Source: a virus. From it: a stretch of 64,000 nt of DNA. A program made the position numbers and the translations under genes. Numbering within the stretch: position 1 is the stretch's first letter; each line of letters begins with the position of its first letter. The DNA lies in the IMG/VR virus record IMGVR_UViG_3300028920_000055, positions 1 through 64,000 of that record. One strand, given 5' to 3'. The notes under the pieces are model-generated. The model ran no database searches. It was not told where the DNA came from and saw nothing but the letters and a program-made list of their open reading frames with translations. Positions 46,472 through 56,721 of the stretch are shown in pieces.

Positions 46472-47726
46472 GATATATTACAACGAAATGAAACCGGATG
46501 GCGACAAAAATTTTGTGGATAAAAATGCCGAACCAGTTAAAAGCAAAATTTTTGTTCAAAACGAATGGGTTGTTTCTCCATCTTCTACAAGGGATGTAAT
46601 TGAAAAATTTCAATCTGTTATGATAGGAACAAAAGTAAAAAGTTTGAGACAAGTAATGGAAGAAAATGATAATCCCGATATGCCCTTTCAGGGATGGAGA
46701 GTAAATGTGGTGACTTGGGCGGATGTCGATAGCCGCACATATATGTGTTGGGGAGATTATTGGGTAAAGAAACAAATGGAAAATCATTTAAAGAAAATGG
46801 GATGTGTACTTAATGTTGGTCTTGAAGAAGCTGATGTATCGATATACCTTTTTGGATCCCCTTTTAATTACCGACCTGTTAGACCCTATCAATACAATCC
46901 TCTTTCCTACAATGTAGTTTGGTTTTATAGCCATCCTGACAAGATGAATGTCACAGAATCTGCTAAATACGATTATTTGTTTTGTCTTTCGGAGCCTTAT
47001 ATCGAAAAAATAAAAAAACAACACTTTAATGTACACCCTGAACCACTGCTTTCTTGTACGGATTTTAAACAGCCAGATGTAATTAAATATGGTGAACATC
47101 GAGATATTGTTATGGTCGCTAATGCTCGTGGAGCCGGTGCTCCTTATGGGCGTCAAATTGTAAAATTGTTAACTAACATTAATTTAAAAGGATTGAAAGT
47201 AAGTGTTTGGGGGCATAAATGGAATGATAGTAAGAAATATCATAAATTTCCATCTAAATGGTATAAAGGTCAATATTGGGACTATAATCAGTTGCCGGAG
47301 CTTTATAGAGGGGCCAAAGCTGTTCTTATAGACGGTCACACTGACATGGAACGTGAAGGCTTTGTTCCTATGAAATTGTTTGATATATTCGCTTCTGGTG
47401 GATTACCTATCATACATAAAAATCCCGGTATAAAAAAGATATTTGGTGATTATGTTCTTCAATATCGTGACGAGGAATCTTTACATCAATGCATTACAAT
47501 TCTTTCCAATAAAGAGAAGTGTTTAAGAATCATTAAAAGGGGGCAAAAGATTGCTTTGCAACATACATTTAAAGATCGAGTAAATACTATTATGAATACA
47601 ATACGAGATAATGTAGTAAAATCTGATGCTCTAAGAGGGGATTCGAGAGCAATGATATTTAGAAGTTCGAAGACAAGTACTGTTAAAAGAACAGGCAAAA
47701 TAGAATGGGTAGGAAATGTCGATTAA
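46461..47726 (+). CDS. glycosyltransferase (GT-B, CgeB/Glyco_trans_1_2-like)
   Basis: WGDYW, LPELYR.AK...H.DM...GFV..KLFDI.ASGG, HTF..RV. Confidence 0.8.
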   Translation: MKDKIYYNEMKPDGDKNFVDKNAEPVKSKIFVQNEWVVSPSSTRDVIEKFQSVMIGTKVKSLRQVMEENDNPDMPFQGWRVNVVTWADVDSRTYMCWGDYWVKKQMENHLKKMGCVLNVGLEEADVSIYLFGSPFNYRPVRPYQYNPLSYNVVWFYSHPDKMNVTESAKYDYLFCLSEPYIEKIKKQHFNVHPEPLLSCTDFKQPDVIKYGEHRDIVMVANARGAGAPYGRQIVKLLTNINLKGLKVSVWGHKWNDSKKYHKFPSKWYKGQYWDYNQLPELYRGAKAVLIDGHTDMEREGFVPMKLFDIFASGGLPIIHKNPGIKKIFGDYVLQYRDEESLHQCITILSNKEKCLRIIKRGQKIALQHTFKDRVNTIMNTIRDNVVKSDALRGDSRAMIFRSSKTSTVKRTGKIEWVGNVD

Positions 47727-48465
47727 GCACGTAAAATATGAAGCCTTGATAATCACTTATAACAGATTGAAATATCTAACACAATGTATCGAATCTCTTA
47801 ATAAACAATCTGTTAGAGTGATGATAAATGTGTGGGATAACGGTTCCGCTGATGGAACGAAAAAGTGGATTAAACAAAATATATCCAAATTGAATGGCGG
47901 AGATTTTTTTGATAATGGGAGAAATGTTGGAACAGCAGACGCGAGAAATATTGGTCTTTCGAGACTTCAATCAGATATTGTATTATTAACAGACGATGAT
48001 ATGTGGTATCCAAGAGATTTTATGGAAGCCGCTTATGGAGTGTTCGAAGTAAAAGACGATGCAGGTGTAGTTACCGCCTACAATCCTCATACAGAGGCTC
48101 GATATAAGAAAAAATTTCTTAAAATGAGAACACACGAAGCTGATATATATATGATTGATTTGATACAATCTTGTCCACCTGGATGTTGGGTTTGTGACAG
48201 AGAATTAATATTAAGTTGTGGAGGATTCTTTTTACCCAAAGGAAAGTTAATGGGTTATTCTTCAAGATTTTTGGTAAGAAGCATATATGGCGAGGGAAAG
48301 AAATTTTATGGTATTTATAAATACAAAGGAAAGCCGATGAAAGTGGAGCATATGGATACTCTTAGCAATAAAAGATCACATTTGTTATATTATAAGGATA
48401 TAGGATATGTAGATTTTAGATTGAGACAGAAGTATGGAAGTAAATACAAAAGTAGAAAGAAATGA
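47716..48465 (+). CDS. glycosyltransferase family 2
   Basis: ITYNR, WDNGSADGT, ARN.G, TDDD. Confidence 0.85.
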   Translation: MSIKHVKYEALIITYNRLKYLTQCIESLNKQSVRVMINVWDNGSADGTKKWIKQNISKLNGGDFFDNGRNVGTADARNIGLSRLQSDIVLLTDDDMWYPRDFMEAAYGVFEVKDDAGVVTAYNPHTEARYKKKFLKMRTHEADIYMIDLIQSCPPGCWVCDRELILSCGGFFLPKGKLMGYSSRFLVRSIYGEGKKFYGIYKYKGKPMKVEHMDTLSNKRSHLLYYKDIGYVDFRLRQKYGSKYKSRKK

Positions 48466-48466
48466 T

Positions 48467-49438
48467 ATGAGAATTTTATACGCAGGTACATTTACTGGTT
48501 TTTGGGTTTCAGATCACCATAGAGCAAATTCTTTCAAGAAGTATTTTGATAGAGTTGTTCAATTCGATTATCGCACTGTCGGCAAAGGTGATAATCTAAA
48601 GATGTGTTCTATTTTACACCAATCTATAGGAAGCCTTAATCCTCATGTTTTATTTGTAAACAAAGGTGAACAAATTATACCGAATACTTTACATAGAATT
48701 AAATTGAATTTTCCCAATACCTTTATTGTAGCCTTTAACGGTGATCAAAGGGGAAAGGCTTCAAATATGACCGCAGCATTGGGAAGGGTTGCAGATGGTA
48801 TTCTTATAAACAACCAACACGAGCCTCAATGGAAAGAATATAAAGATATGGGGGTTAGAGCGATATATGAATATCATACAGCTTCTGATCCCTCTGTGTT
48901 TAAACCAATAAGAGGAATCGATAAAAAATTCGATATAGTTTTTGTCGGTGGAAATTATGGAGATAAGTTTCCGCTAAGTAAATTTAGATTAAATTGTATA
49001 AGAGAGTTGGCTAAGGATTTTAAAGTTGCTATTTCCGGCACAACTAATTGGAGAAATGTACCTGGTATTCATTTTCTTGGCCGCAATTATGATGTAAAAT
49101 TTTCAGAAATTGCTGCACAAGCTCGATGTATACTTGGAGTAAATGCTTTCGATAATGTAAATCATTATACAAGCAATCGAACTTGGAATAGTATGGCTTG
49201 TGGAAGGCCATATGTTTGTCATTATTATCAAGGGGCTGAACATTTTTTTGATGATAAGAAAAACATATTGTTTTTTAGGAATATAGATGATTTAAAGCAA
49301 ATTGTAAGTTGGATAAAAGCGAATGAGAAGCAAGCTGACCAGATTGGAGCGGCTGGAAGAAAATTGATTCAAACCCAACATACTTACGATCATAGAACTG
49401 AACAATTATTAAGGATATATGAACAATGGAAAAAATGA
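48467..49438 (+). CDS. glycosyltransferase (CgeB-like GT-B)
   Basis: DIVFVG, YTSNRTW..MACG, IG.AGR......HTY.HR. Confidence 0.8.
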   Translation: MRILYAGTFTGFWVSDHHRANSFKKYFDRVVQFDYRTVGKGDNLKMCSILHQSIGSLNPHVLFVNKGEQIIPNTLHRIKLNFPNTFIVAFNGDQRGKASNMTAALGRVADGILINNQHEPQWKEYKDMGVRAIYEYHTASDPSVFKPIRGIDKKFDIVFVGGNYGDKFPLSKFRLNCIRELAKDFKVAISGTTNWRNVPGIHFLGRNYDVKFSEIAAQARCILGVNAFDNVNHYTSNRTWNSMACGRPYVCHYYQGAEHFFDDKKNILFFRNIDDLKQIVSWIKANEKQADQIGAAGRKLIQTQHTYDHRTEQLLRIYEQWKK

Positions 49439-50163
49439 TTGACTTTTTTGTACTTACTTATAATCGATTAAAATATCTTAACCAGTGTGTTCGATCTGTA
49501 GTAGATCAAACAGTTGATATTAGGATTAATGTGTGGAATAATGGGTCTACAGATGAAACTACCGAATGGTTAATTAACCATTCGGAATTGCTAAATAGGG
49601 GACTACTTTTCAACAGTCCCGTTAATTTGGGAGTTGCAGATGCTCGTAATGTCATGATCGATTTAATAGATGCTAATTGGATATTTATTAGTGATGATGA
49701 TATGTGGTATGATACTAATTGTATGAAGTATAATTGGGAAATGTTACAAGCCTATGAAAATAAGTTTGGAAAATCTAAAATTGGTTTTGTTGGCTTGAAC
49801 ATGCCTTGGAGAAGAAGTAAATATGATGATGAAATATTTATTAAAAAAGTAAATGTTGATAAATTCGAAATACACGAAGTTAGAACAACTCCACCCAATG
49901 CTTGGCTTATTAATAAAAAGGCTCTTTTTAAAATGGGCGGGTTTAAATTGCCGCCAAATCGATTGATGGGATATACAGCTTTTCATTTGCCAAATCAGTT
50001 AAGACAAAATGGTTACAAGGTGATTAGACTCGATAAAGTGAATGGAAAATTATACAACGGTTGCGAACATACTGATAATATAGGTCACGAAAAAGGATTT
50101 AGAGATCATTACGAGGAATACAATGAGTGGAGATCCAAAGAAAAAAGATTGCCCACTGCCTGA
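49426..50163 (+). CDS. glycosyltransferase family 2
   Basis: LTYNR, WNNGSTDET, ARN, SDDD. Confidence 0.85.
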   Translation: MEKMIDFFVLTYNRLKYLNQCVRSVVDQTVDIRINVWNNGSTDETTEWLINHSELLNRGLLFNSPVNLGVADARNVMIDLIDANWIFISDDDMWYDTNCMKYNWEMLQAYENKFGKSKIGFVGLNMPWRRSKYDDEIFIKKVNVDKFEIHEVRTTPPNAWLINKKALFKMGGFKLPPNRLMGYTAFHLPNQLRQNGYKVIRLDKVNGKLYNGCEHTDNIGHEKGFRDHYEEYNEWRSKEKRLPTA

Positions 50164-50842
50164 TGCTGTAGAGTTAAAAAATCTTGCAAAAAGGTATAAA
50201 ACAGATAAAGTCAGGCATGGATTTATACCAATTTATTCCAGTTATTTAAAGTCATTCCGTCAAAAGGCTAAATTTGTAATTGAAATTGGAATAAAATATG
50301 GTGCCTCTTTAAAGATGTGGCACGATTATTTCCCTAAAGCCACTATCGTAGGCATTGATAATATGGTAAAACACGATCCATCTATTTGGGCTAAATCAGA
50401 ATTTGAATCAAGAGTGATTGTTTGGAAAGCAGATCAATCAAATCCAAAAGACTTGAGCCGGTTTATTTATCAATCTCAAGGGATGATGGGAAAGGTTGAT
50501 CTGATTGTTGATGATGGTAGCCACAAGATGTACGATCAACAGCTAACGCTGGCTAAATTGTTTGTAATGCTAAGGCCAGGCGGAATATATGTAATAGAGG
50601 ATTTGGATACATCTTTGGCAGGTGGTCCAAAAAATAAATTTGGGATAATAAAAGATGACCAAGATACCACATTACGTGTACTTGAAAGGGCCAGAATTAA
50701 AAAGAAGATACAAGTTACATCTCGTCACTTGGCTAATTTGGAAGTTAATAGGATTTATCTTTGTAAGCATATTGCTGGTATTGACATTTATCGCTTACAT
50801 GATTGCAGGAATATTATTGCTTTTATTAGGAAAATCAAATGA
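50123..50842 (+). CDS. class I SAM-dependent (sugar O-) methyltransferase
   Basis: TDK..H....Y, IEIGI..GASL.MW.DYFP, DLIVDDGSH, GG.YVIED. Confidence 0.85.
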   Translation: MSGDPKKKDCPLPDAVELKNLAKRYKTDKVRHGFIPIYSSYLKSFRQKAKFVIEIGIKYGASLKMWHDYFPKATIVGIDNMVKHDPSIWAKSEFESRVIVWKADQSNPKDLSRFIYQSQGMMGKVDLIVDDGSHKMYDQQLTLAKLFVMLRPGGIYVIEDLDTSLAGGPKNKFGIIKDDQDTTLRVLERARIKKKIQVTSRHLANLEVNRIYLCKHIAGIDIYRLHDCRNIIAFIRKIK

Positions 50843-51564
50843 ATCTTGAAGAAATTACAACAGCCGTTATTACCTATAACAGACCACTTTGTGTAGGCAA
50901 TTTTTTAAAATCCGCTCGCAAGCATCTTGACGATATGCCAGTGTTGGTAATAGATGGTTCGAGCGAGATAGGTGATGGATGTATTACTTTCGATTCCGCA
51001 ATATTTACACATAATAGACCATTATCAATCAATCTCAATAACGCTATCTTGTTCTCTCGAACAAGATATGTAATGATTTGCAATGACGATATTTATTTCA
51101 AAGATGGAATCATGCCTTTTTTGTTTAAGTTAAACGGGGCAGGATTGCATATCTTGAGCAATTGGAGCTGTTTTGTAATAGATAAAGCAATTATTCCTAC
51201 AGTTGGTTGGTTTGATCCAAGATTAGAGTCAGCAGGATACGATGGGAAAGATTACGGTTCCAGAATGAAAATCTGTGGAATCGAAATGAAAAGGTATGAT
51301 TGTAGAGAGTTTATACATCACGATCAGTATACAAGAAGGAAACATTATAAATCAGTAAGATGGAATTATCGTCAATCTTTTGATTTTTTTAGAAAAAAGT
51401 GGGATGTAGTAAATAGTAAAACTACTGTGAATAGTAAAACTACTGTGAATTTAAAAAAGTTAAGTGGTGCTAAGTTGAAGCAGATGAAGAAAATGGATGA
51501 TCCTGATTGGTATCCTTATTATACAGAATTATACAGGAAAGGTATCTGGTCAGATGAAATCTAA
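50839..51564 (+). CDS. glycosyltransferase family 2
   Basis: ITYNR, VIDGS, CNDD, VGWFD. Confidence 0.75.
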   Translation: MNLEEITTAVITYNRPLCVGNFLKSARKHLDDMPVLVIDGSSEIGDGCITFDSAIFTHNRPLSINLNNAILFSRTRYVMICNDDIYFKDGIMPFLFKLNGAGLHILSNWSCFVIDKAIIPTVGWFDPRLESAGYDGKDYGSRMKICGIEMKRYDCREFIHHDQYTRRKHYKSVRWNYRQSFDFFRKKWDVVNSKTTVNSKTTVNLKKLSGAKLKQMKKMDDPDWYPYYTELYRKGIWSDEI

Positions 51565-52357
51565 TGCAGAACTTACAGTTGCACTGGCCTTGTTCAAGGG
51601 AAAAGAGATTTCCTGGCTTGGTATGGAATCTTTATGTAATCAAGTTACAATTCCTGCTTCTTGGGAATTGCTGATAGCAGAAGAACAGTGCTCTGGAAGA
51701 ACAGGAGCTGATGAAATCTTAAAATATCACAAGCGATTAAGGGAAATTGGTTGTGAAAGAATTGAATATTATCCCCTTACGAAAACTATGGGATTGGTAA
51801 ATAAGTTTGTATTTTTAGCCAGTAACGCTGCAGAGACTTCAAAAATGTTTTTACTTTGGGCACAGGATGATTATTATGTGTCTACAAGGATAAGAGAAAC
51901 TTATGATGCTATGATGTCTTATCCTTATCATATGTATACAAGAGATAACAATTTCGATTATAGTTTTGCAACAGGAAATTTAACTTACAGACATTATAAC
52001 AATAGGATTTTCAGACCTTACATTGAATTGGCTTATCGTCCACACGCTTTAAAAAGAATTATTTTAACAGGCGATGCAAGGCGGAGAAGTCATTCAGATA
52101 TGACTCTGTTTAAATTGTATCAAGAAGTCGTCAAGAAGAAAAAGATTACAAGATTTATAAACACATTGCCCAATAATTCTGTTTATACTACAGGATTTAA
52201 TTATTATAACAAGCCAAGAATTAAAAAATTGAAGCCAAGTAAAATGTTTCAATATACAGAAGCTATATTGGAAGATGTTGTACCTGTAGATATAGCTATG
52301 AGACTTAGAGAATTAAAAAAGGTGTATGATGAAAGAACGCAAAAATATCAACACTGA
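51554..52357 (+). CDS. divergent GT-A-fold glycosyltransferase-like protein
   Basis: LTVAL...WL..ESLC.Q...QDD...RI.ETY; paralog of 4087-4959. Confidence 0.6.
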   Translation: MKSNAELTVALALFKGKEISWLGMESLCNQVTIPASWELLIAEEQCSGRTGADEILKYHKRLREIGCERIEYYPLTKTMGLVNKFVFLASNAAETSKMFLLWAQDDYYVSTRIRETYDAMMSYPYHMYTRDNNFDYSFATGNLTYRHYNNRIFRPYIELAYRPHALKRIILTGDARRRSHSDMTLFKLYQEVVKKKKITRFINTLPNNSVYTTGFNYYNKPRIKKLKPSKMFQYTEAILEDVVPVDIAMRLRELKKVYDERTQKYQH

Positions 52358-52994
52358 AACTTATTGGGACGGAAAGTATTCCAGAAATTATTGGAGTAAT
52401 CCCAATAATTTGGTAAAAGGTGCACACAAGCCTCTTTATGAAAAAGTTGTAGACATAATATTCGAGGTGCGTCATGATTATATTGTGGACTTGGGGGCCG
52501 GAATTGGTCCAGTCCCATTTTTACTATCAAAACGGGGTTTTGATTTTAATAAAAGAATATACATATGCGTGGATCAGTCAACCGTTGGACTTGATAGGGC
52601 TAAAAAATTCAGTCCCTCAGTGAAAGTATTGCCCGCCAAAGTTGATGAGCCTATTACTCAGCTTGAGAAAAGCAAAGCTGATCTTGTAATATGTTGCGAA
52701 GTGCTTGAACATTTAACCAATCCAATAAATGCTTTAAAAAATGCTTATGAACTTGTGAGCGATACAGGATTGGTTGTAGTTTCTGTTCCTCACGGAATAA
52801 GCAAGCATCAAGAACACGTACACTGGAGCATAAGGCAGGATTTGTTGGAGCGTTTTCATGAAGCGGTTGGGCTCAATGTTTATGGGGTTACAATCGCAGA
52901 TCGCTGGCGAGTTGTAAAAAGCAGAAGAATGTGGAGGAAGAAAAATGTCGAGCATCCAACAGTTCAGAAAGCCGATCTTTGTATTTCAGACTAA
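52326..52994 (+). CDS. class I SAM-dependent methyltransferase
   Basis: NT..YWD, VDLGAGIG, DLVICCEVLEHL..P. Confidence 0.85.
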   Translation: MMKERKNINTETYWDGKYSRNYWSNPNNLVKGAHKPLYEKVVDIIFEVRHDYIVDLGAGIGPVPFLLSKRGFDFNKRIYICVDQSTVGLDRAKKFSPSVKVLPAKVDEPITQLEKSKADLVICCEVLEHLTNPINALKNAYELVSDTGLVVVSVPHGISKHQEHVHWSIRQDLLERFHEAVGLNVYGVTIADRWRVVKSRRMWRKKNVEHPTVQKADLCISD

Positions 52995-54135
52995 GATCGA
53001 AAAAGATAAAGTATTGGCTACAATATCTGATTCAATTGATAAAGGTTGGATTGGACTCGGTAAGGTAACTGAAGCGTTCGAGCGAGAATTTGCTGAATAT
53101 GTTGGAGCAAAGTATGCGGTTGGTTTGAATAGTGCCACAGCTGGACTCCATCTTGCTCTTATTTTAGCCGGAGTAAAAAAACACCAGCAGGTTATAACTA
53201 CACCAATGACTTTTGTTTCAACCAATGCTGCTATTCTTTATGTAGACGCGAATCCCTTTTTTGTAGATGTTGGTGAATATTTACATATAAAAATCGATGA
53301 TATACTTAATCCCGAAATAAGTCCAAACAGTGCTAAAGCTATAATGTTAGTACATTTCGGCGGGATTCCTATTGAAAAGAAAAAAATTATACAGCTTCAG
53401 AATAATTGTCCCCATACAGCTATTATACAAGATTGCGCTCATGCTACAGGGGCGAAATTTGAAGATGGATCGATGGTAGGAAGTTTTGGAGATTATAACA
53501 TCTTTTCGTTCCATGCTGTAAAAAATTTACCATCACCTGATGGCGGAATGTTGGTAACTAACGATGCATCTATTGCCGCAGAAGCAAAAAAGTTGAGGTG
53601 GATGGGTATCGATAAAGATACGGCTTCAAGAACGCACCATCTACACAACGTTGGATATAGCTGGTATTATAATGTTGGGAAGCTCGGATATAAATATCAC
53701 ATGAACGATATAACTGCTGCATTTGGATTAGCTGGACTCGATACAATCAATAGAGATAATGACCGGCGCGGAGAAATTCGACAGGCTTATTATGACAAAA
53801 TAGACAAAAATTATGCCAAGTTGGTAATGGCAGATACTAATGTAAAGTCTGCTAATCATATGGCTACATTAATACTAAGACAAGGTATTGATCGAAATAC
53901 TCTTATCCAACGATTGAAAGATAATTGGAATATTCATCCTGGAGTACATTATACTCCAAATAATTATTTTGAGCCGTTTTCTAATTATCCAGGCGGAACT
54001 ATAATGGCTTGGAACGTATATAAACAGATTGTGACTTTGCCTTGTCATCTCGAAATGACCGATGAAGATGTGGCAAGAGTTATAACGGCGGTAAACTCTG
54101 AGATAGATAGAATATTAGAAAAATCACTACAATGA
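52945..54135 (+). CDS. DegT/DnrJ/EryC1/StrS NDP-sugar aminotransferase
   Basis: NSATAGLHLAL, TFVST, DCAHA, FSFHAVKNL...GG, GYKY.M.D. Confidence 0.95.
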   Translation: MSSIQQFRKPIFVFQTKIEKDKVLATISDSIDKGWIGLGKVTEAFEREFAEYVGAKYAVGLNSATAGLHLALILAGVKKHQQVITTPMTFVSTNAAILYVDANPFFVDVGEYLHIKIDDILNPEISPNSAKAIMLVHFGGIPIEKKKIIQLQNNCPHTAIIQDCAHATGAKFEDGSMVGSFGDYNIFSFHAVKNLPSPDGGMLVTNDASIAAEAKKLRWMGIDKDTASRTHHLHNVGYSWYYNVGKLGYKYHMNDITAAFGLAGLDTINRDNDRRGEIRQAYYDKIDKNYAKLVMADTNVKSANHMATLILRQGIDRNTLIQRLKDNWNIHPGVHYTPNNYFEPFSNYPGGTIMAWNVYKQIVTLPCHLEMTDEDVARVITAVNSEIDRILEKSLQ

Positions 54136-54201
54136 AACCAATCATATTTGCTCTCTAAGAGCAAATTACCTTAAATTCATAGTAGGATACAGGAGGAAAA
54201 T

Positions 54202-54489
54202 ATGTCTACAATAAGAGGATTTTCGTTGGTGGAGCCGCCGAAGGCGGAGAGCTTCATAAAATATGTACACCACGGCATTAATATGTGGGTACGTAATGCC
54301 TTGAAAGGAAAGCATCGGTTGGTGTGTTGTTGCTATCATTGTGATAAATTTCATCCAGGCAAGGAGAACAATTGTCCAATAGCTCAAGCTCTTTATGAGT
54401 TTGATGTGGATAATAGTGTAACAACTCCTGTTTGGGAGTGCGAAGGTTTCGAATTTACCGATACGCCTGATGTGGAGGAAACAAAATGA
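54202..54489 (+). CDS. small Cys-rich hypothetical protein
   Basis: AGGAGG RBS; CCCYHC..F.P....NCPIA...PVWEC. Confidence 0.6.
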   Translation: MSTIRGFSLVEPPKAESFIKYVHHGINMWVRNALKGKHRLVCCCYHCDKFHPGKENNCPIAQALYEFDVDNSVTTPVWECEGFEFTDTPDVEETK

Positions 54490-55013
54490 GTAATTGTAAA
54501 TACGACATCGTTCTGGTTCCTGTAAACAAAGATGTAGCTGGAGATTCTCAGTTTATTTACAACGTCAGGAACCATCCGGCCATCCGGAAAAATCTCATCA
54601 ACGAAAGTGAAATTCCAATCTCGAAACACAATCAGTATTGGAGTAAACTCATTCTCTCCAATGACGTTGTGCTCTATAAAATCGAAATGATGGATCCGAT
54701 TACTCATCAATTCATCTCGGTTGGATATTGTGATACTAAAGTAATCGGTGATGAGATGGAATTCGGTTGGAAGATTTTACCGGATTATCAAGGTCTTGGA
54801 CTTGGCCGGAAAGCCGTTGAAGCTCTGCTCAACGCCAATGAAGGCTATATTCAGATCAAAGGCTTAACACCATCTTTGACAGTATTCGATGATAATTTTC
54901 CAGCCATTAAGTTATATCAATCTTTTGGTTTTGAAACAGTAGATCAAAAGAAATTGAAGAGACTTGATGGTACAATTCGTGTCCTTTTGAAGATGAAACT
55001 CACCTCTAATTAG
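54486..55013 (+). CDS. GNAT N-acetyltransferase (PseH-like)
   Basis: IY.VRN.P.IR, YQGLGLG, V..DN.PA.KLY...GF. Confidence 0.8.
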   Translation: MSNCKYDIVLVPVNKDVAGDSQFIYNVRNHPAIRKNLINESEIPISKHNQYWSKLILSNDVVLYKIEMMDPITHQFISVGYCDTKVIGDEMEFGWKILPDYQGLGLGRKAVEALLNANEGYIQIKGLTPSLTVFDDNFPAIKLYQSFGFETVDQKKLKRLDGTIRVLLKMKLTSN

Positions 55014-55091
55014 AAAAGGATATTGGATATAATATAGTAAATTTGTAAAATATTTATTATATTATTCTTAGAGTAAACTTGAGGAACAAAA

Positions 55092-55784
55092 ATGGCAACT
55101 GGAGAATTAACAGCTTCTTATATCGATTGGGAAGATGCTTGTTATATGGTCGGGGCCGATCCTACGGCCATAGACAATATTAAGGATCCAATCATTCAAT
55201 GGGTTGAAACGCTCGGTATTGAGTTGGAGCTTGGAAGAGACATCTCTACGGCATTTCAGGAAAATACTGTTAGCTCAAGTGATCCAGAGCTTCACAGTAT
55301 TGAGCGCGATGATCAGGATACCCTTATAGCCAAGCATTTTCCTATCATAAGTGTAACTCGCCTGCGAGATAATATTCAAGCAAGCAATTCCAACAACATA
55401 TTAACTCTAACGGAACATACTAATTTCGAGATCGAAAAAGAAACTGGACTCATAAGGCTCACAGGCGAGTTACAAGACAGCAACCTGATGAAGAAAATCG
55501 AGTTCTTCACACAGGGTTATAATACAGTGGATCTGTGTTACGTGTGGGGATTTACTTCAATTCCAAACGATGTAAAGGCTTTCGCTAATTTGATGGCTGC
55601 TGCTTTGTTGAGACAATACGATAAAATGGTAGCCAGTGGAGAATCTGCTGGATTGAAGCGATTACAGATGGGCGATTATGAAGAAGAAGTGGGAGATATG
55701 TACAAGAACGCACAGAACGAGTTTATGGCATCTGTAAAGTTGTCTTCATATCGGTTAAAGAGTAAATACGGAAATTATGTTTGA
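55092..55784 (+). CDS. head-tail adaptor/connector (gp6-like)
   Basis: Position; FPIISV, G.I, Y.WGF..IP.DVK. Confidence 0.65.
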   Translation: MATGELTASYIDWEDACYMVGADPTAIDNIKDPIIQWVETLGIELELGRDISTAFQENTVSSSDPELHSIERDDQDTLIAKHFPIISVTRLRDNIQASNSNNILTLTEHTNFEIEKETGLIRLTGELQDSNLMKKIEFFTQGYNTVDLCYVWGFTSIPNDVKAFANLMAAALLRQYDKMVASGESAGLKRLQMGDYEEEVGDMYKNAQNEFMASVKLSSYRLKSKYGNYV

Positions 55785-56143
55785 TGTCGATAGATGAATC
55801 AAAACTGCCTCAATCGGTGACTATATCTGAACCATCATCTTCACTCGATGCTTATGGTAATCCAGATGGAACGCTGGCTGTTATTAATTCGAGCGTTCCT
55901 TGTCGGATAACAAGAAATAAACATTACAATGCAGAAGCGGGAAGTGAAGCGGGATTTTTGAGTCGATCAACGCATTTGATTTTTATGAATCATACTTATA
56001 ACAGCATTACTAATACTGTAAAGACTGGTTTTCAAATATCTACTGGATCTGACATCTATATAGTTCAATTTGTAGACGATGCTCCCGGTGGAGTTGAAGA
56101 TCATCATCAACAAATATATTGTACTAAGCAGGTAAAAGATTAA
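55784..56143 (+). CDS. head closure protein
   Basis: Position; DAYGNP, V.CR, HH.QI. Confidence 0.6.
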   Translation: MSIDESKLPQSVTISEPSSSLDAYGNPDGTLAVINSSVPCRITRNKHYNAEAGSEAGFLSRSTHLIFMNHTYNSITNTVKTGFQISTGSDIYIVQFVDDAPGGVEDHHQQIYCTKQVKD

Positions 56144-56721
56144 TGCCAAGACCAGTAAGGATAACAGGAGCAAAAGGGCGGAGAGCCACTGGGGCATTGG
56201 TAAAAGCTCCTGGTCGAGCACCTGCGGCTTTCAGAGGAAAGAAACTTACACCTCCGAAAATACAAATAGTTGTACACGGAGCGAAACAAGCAGAAAAAGT
56301 TTTTAAATTAATCAATAAAGCCTCTAAATCCTGGACACAAAAAGGTGTAGAGGCGACCCTGAAGATGTTCCTTAAACAAGCTCAAGCGAATGTACTTTCT
56401 AATCCTCAATTAAGAGCTTATGACAAGGGCAATCTTTACAAGGATTTAAAGTATAAAATTGAAGTTGTAAAAGATGGATTTGTACAAGGTTCTGCTGGAA
56501 ACTGGGGTGAACAAGCAACGGGCGGTACAAATCCAGCTTATGTGACTTATCATATATATGTACACGAAGGCACAAGAAAAATGCCTAAAAGACCTTATCT
56601 ACATTATGCCTATTTATGGAAAGTAAATCTTGCAATAAAACATCTGGAGAAAAGCATTCAAAAGGATGCTATCGAAGGATCAGCACCAAGAATTGGAATA
56701 GCGAATAGGCTCGCAAGATGA
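56143..56721 (+). CDS. neck protein (HK97 gp10-like)
   Basis: D.GNL...Y..YVHEGTRKMPKRPYL. Confidence 0.75.
   Translation: MPRPVRITGAKGRRATGALVKAPGRAPAAFRGKKLTPPKIQIVVHGAKQAEKVFKLINKASKSWTQKGVEATLKMFLKQAQANVLSNPQLRAYDKGNLYKDLKYKIEVVKDGFVQGSAGNWGEQATGGTNPAYVTYHIYVHEGTRKMPKRPYLHYAYLWKVNLAIKHLEKSIQKDAIEGSAPRIGIANRLAR

Noticed and set aside
51412-51450. 18-bp tandem duplication (NSKTTV x2) in a GT2 gene
   Set aside because: Simple in-frame slippage duplication with no evident functional signal
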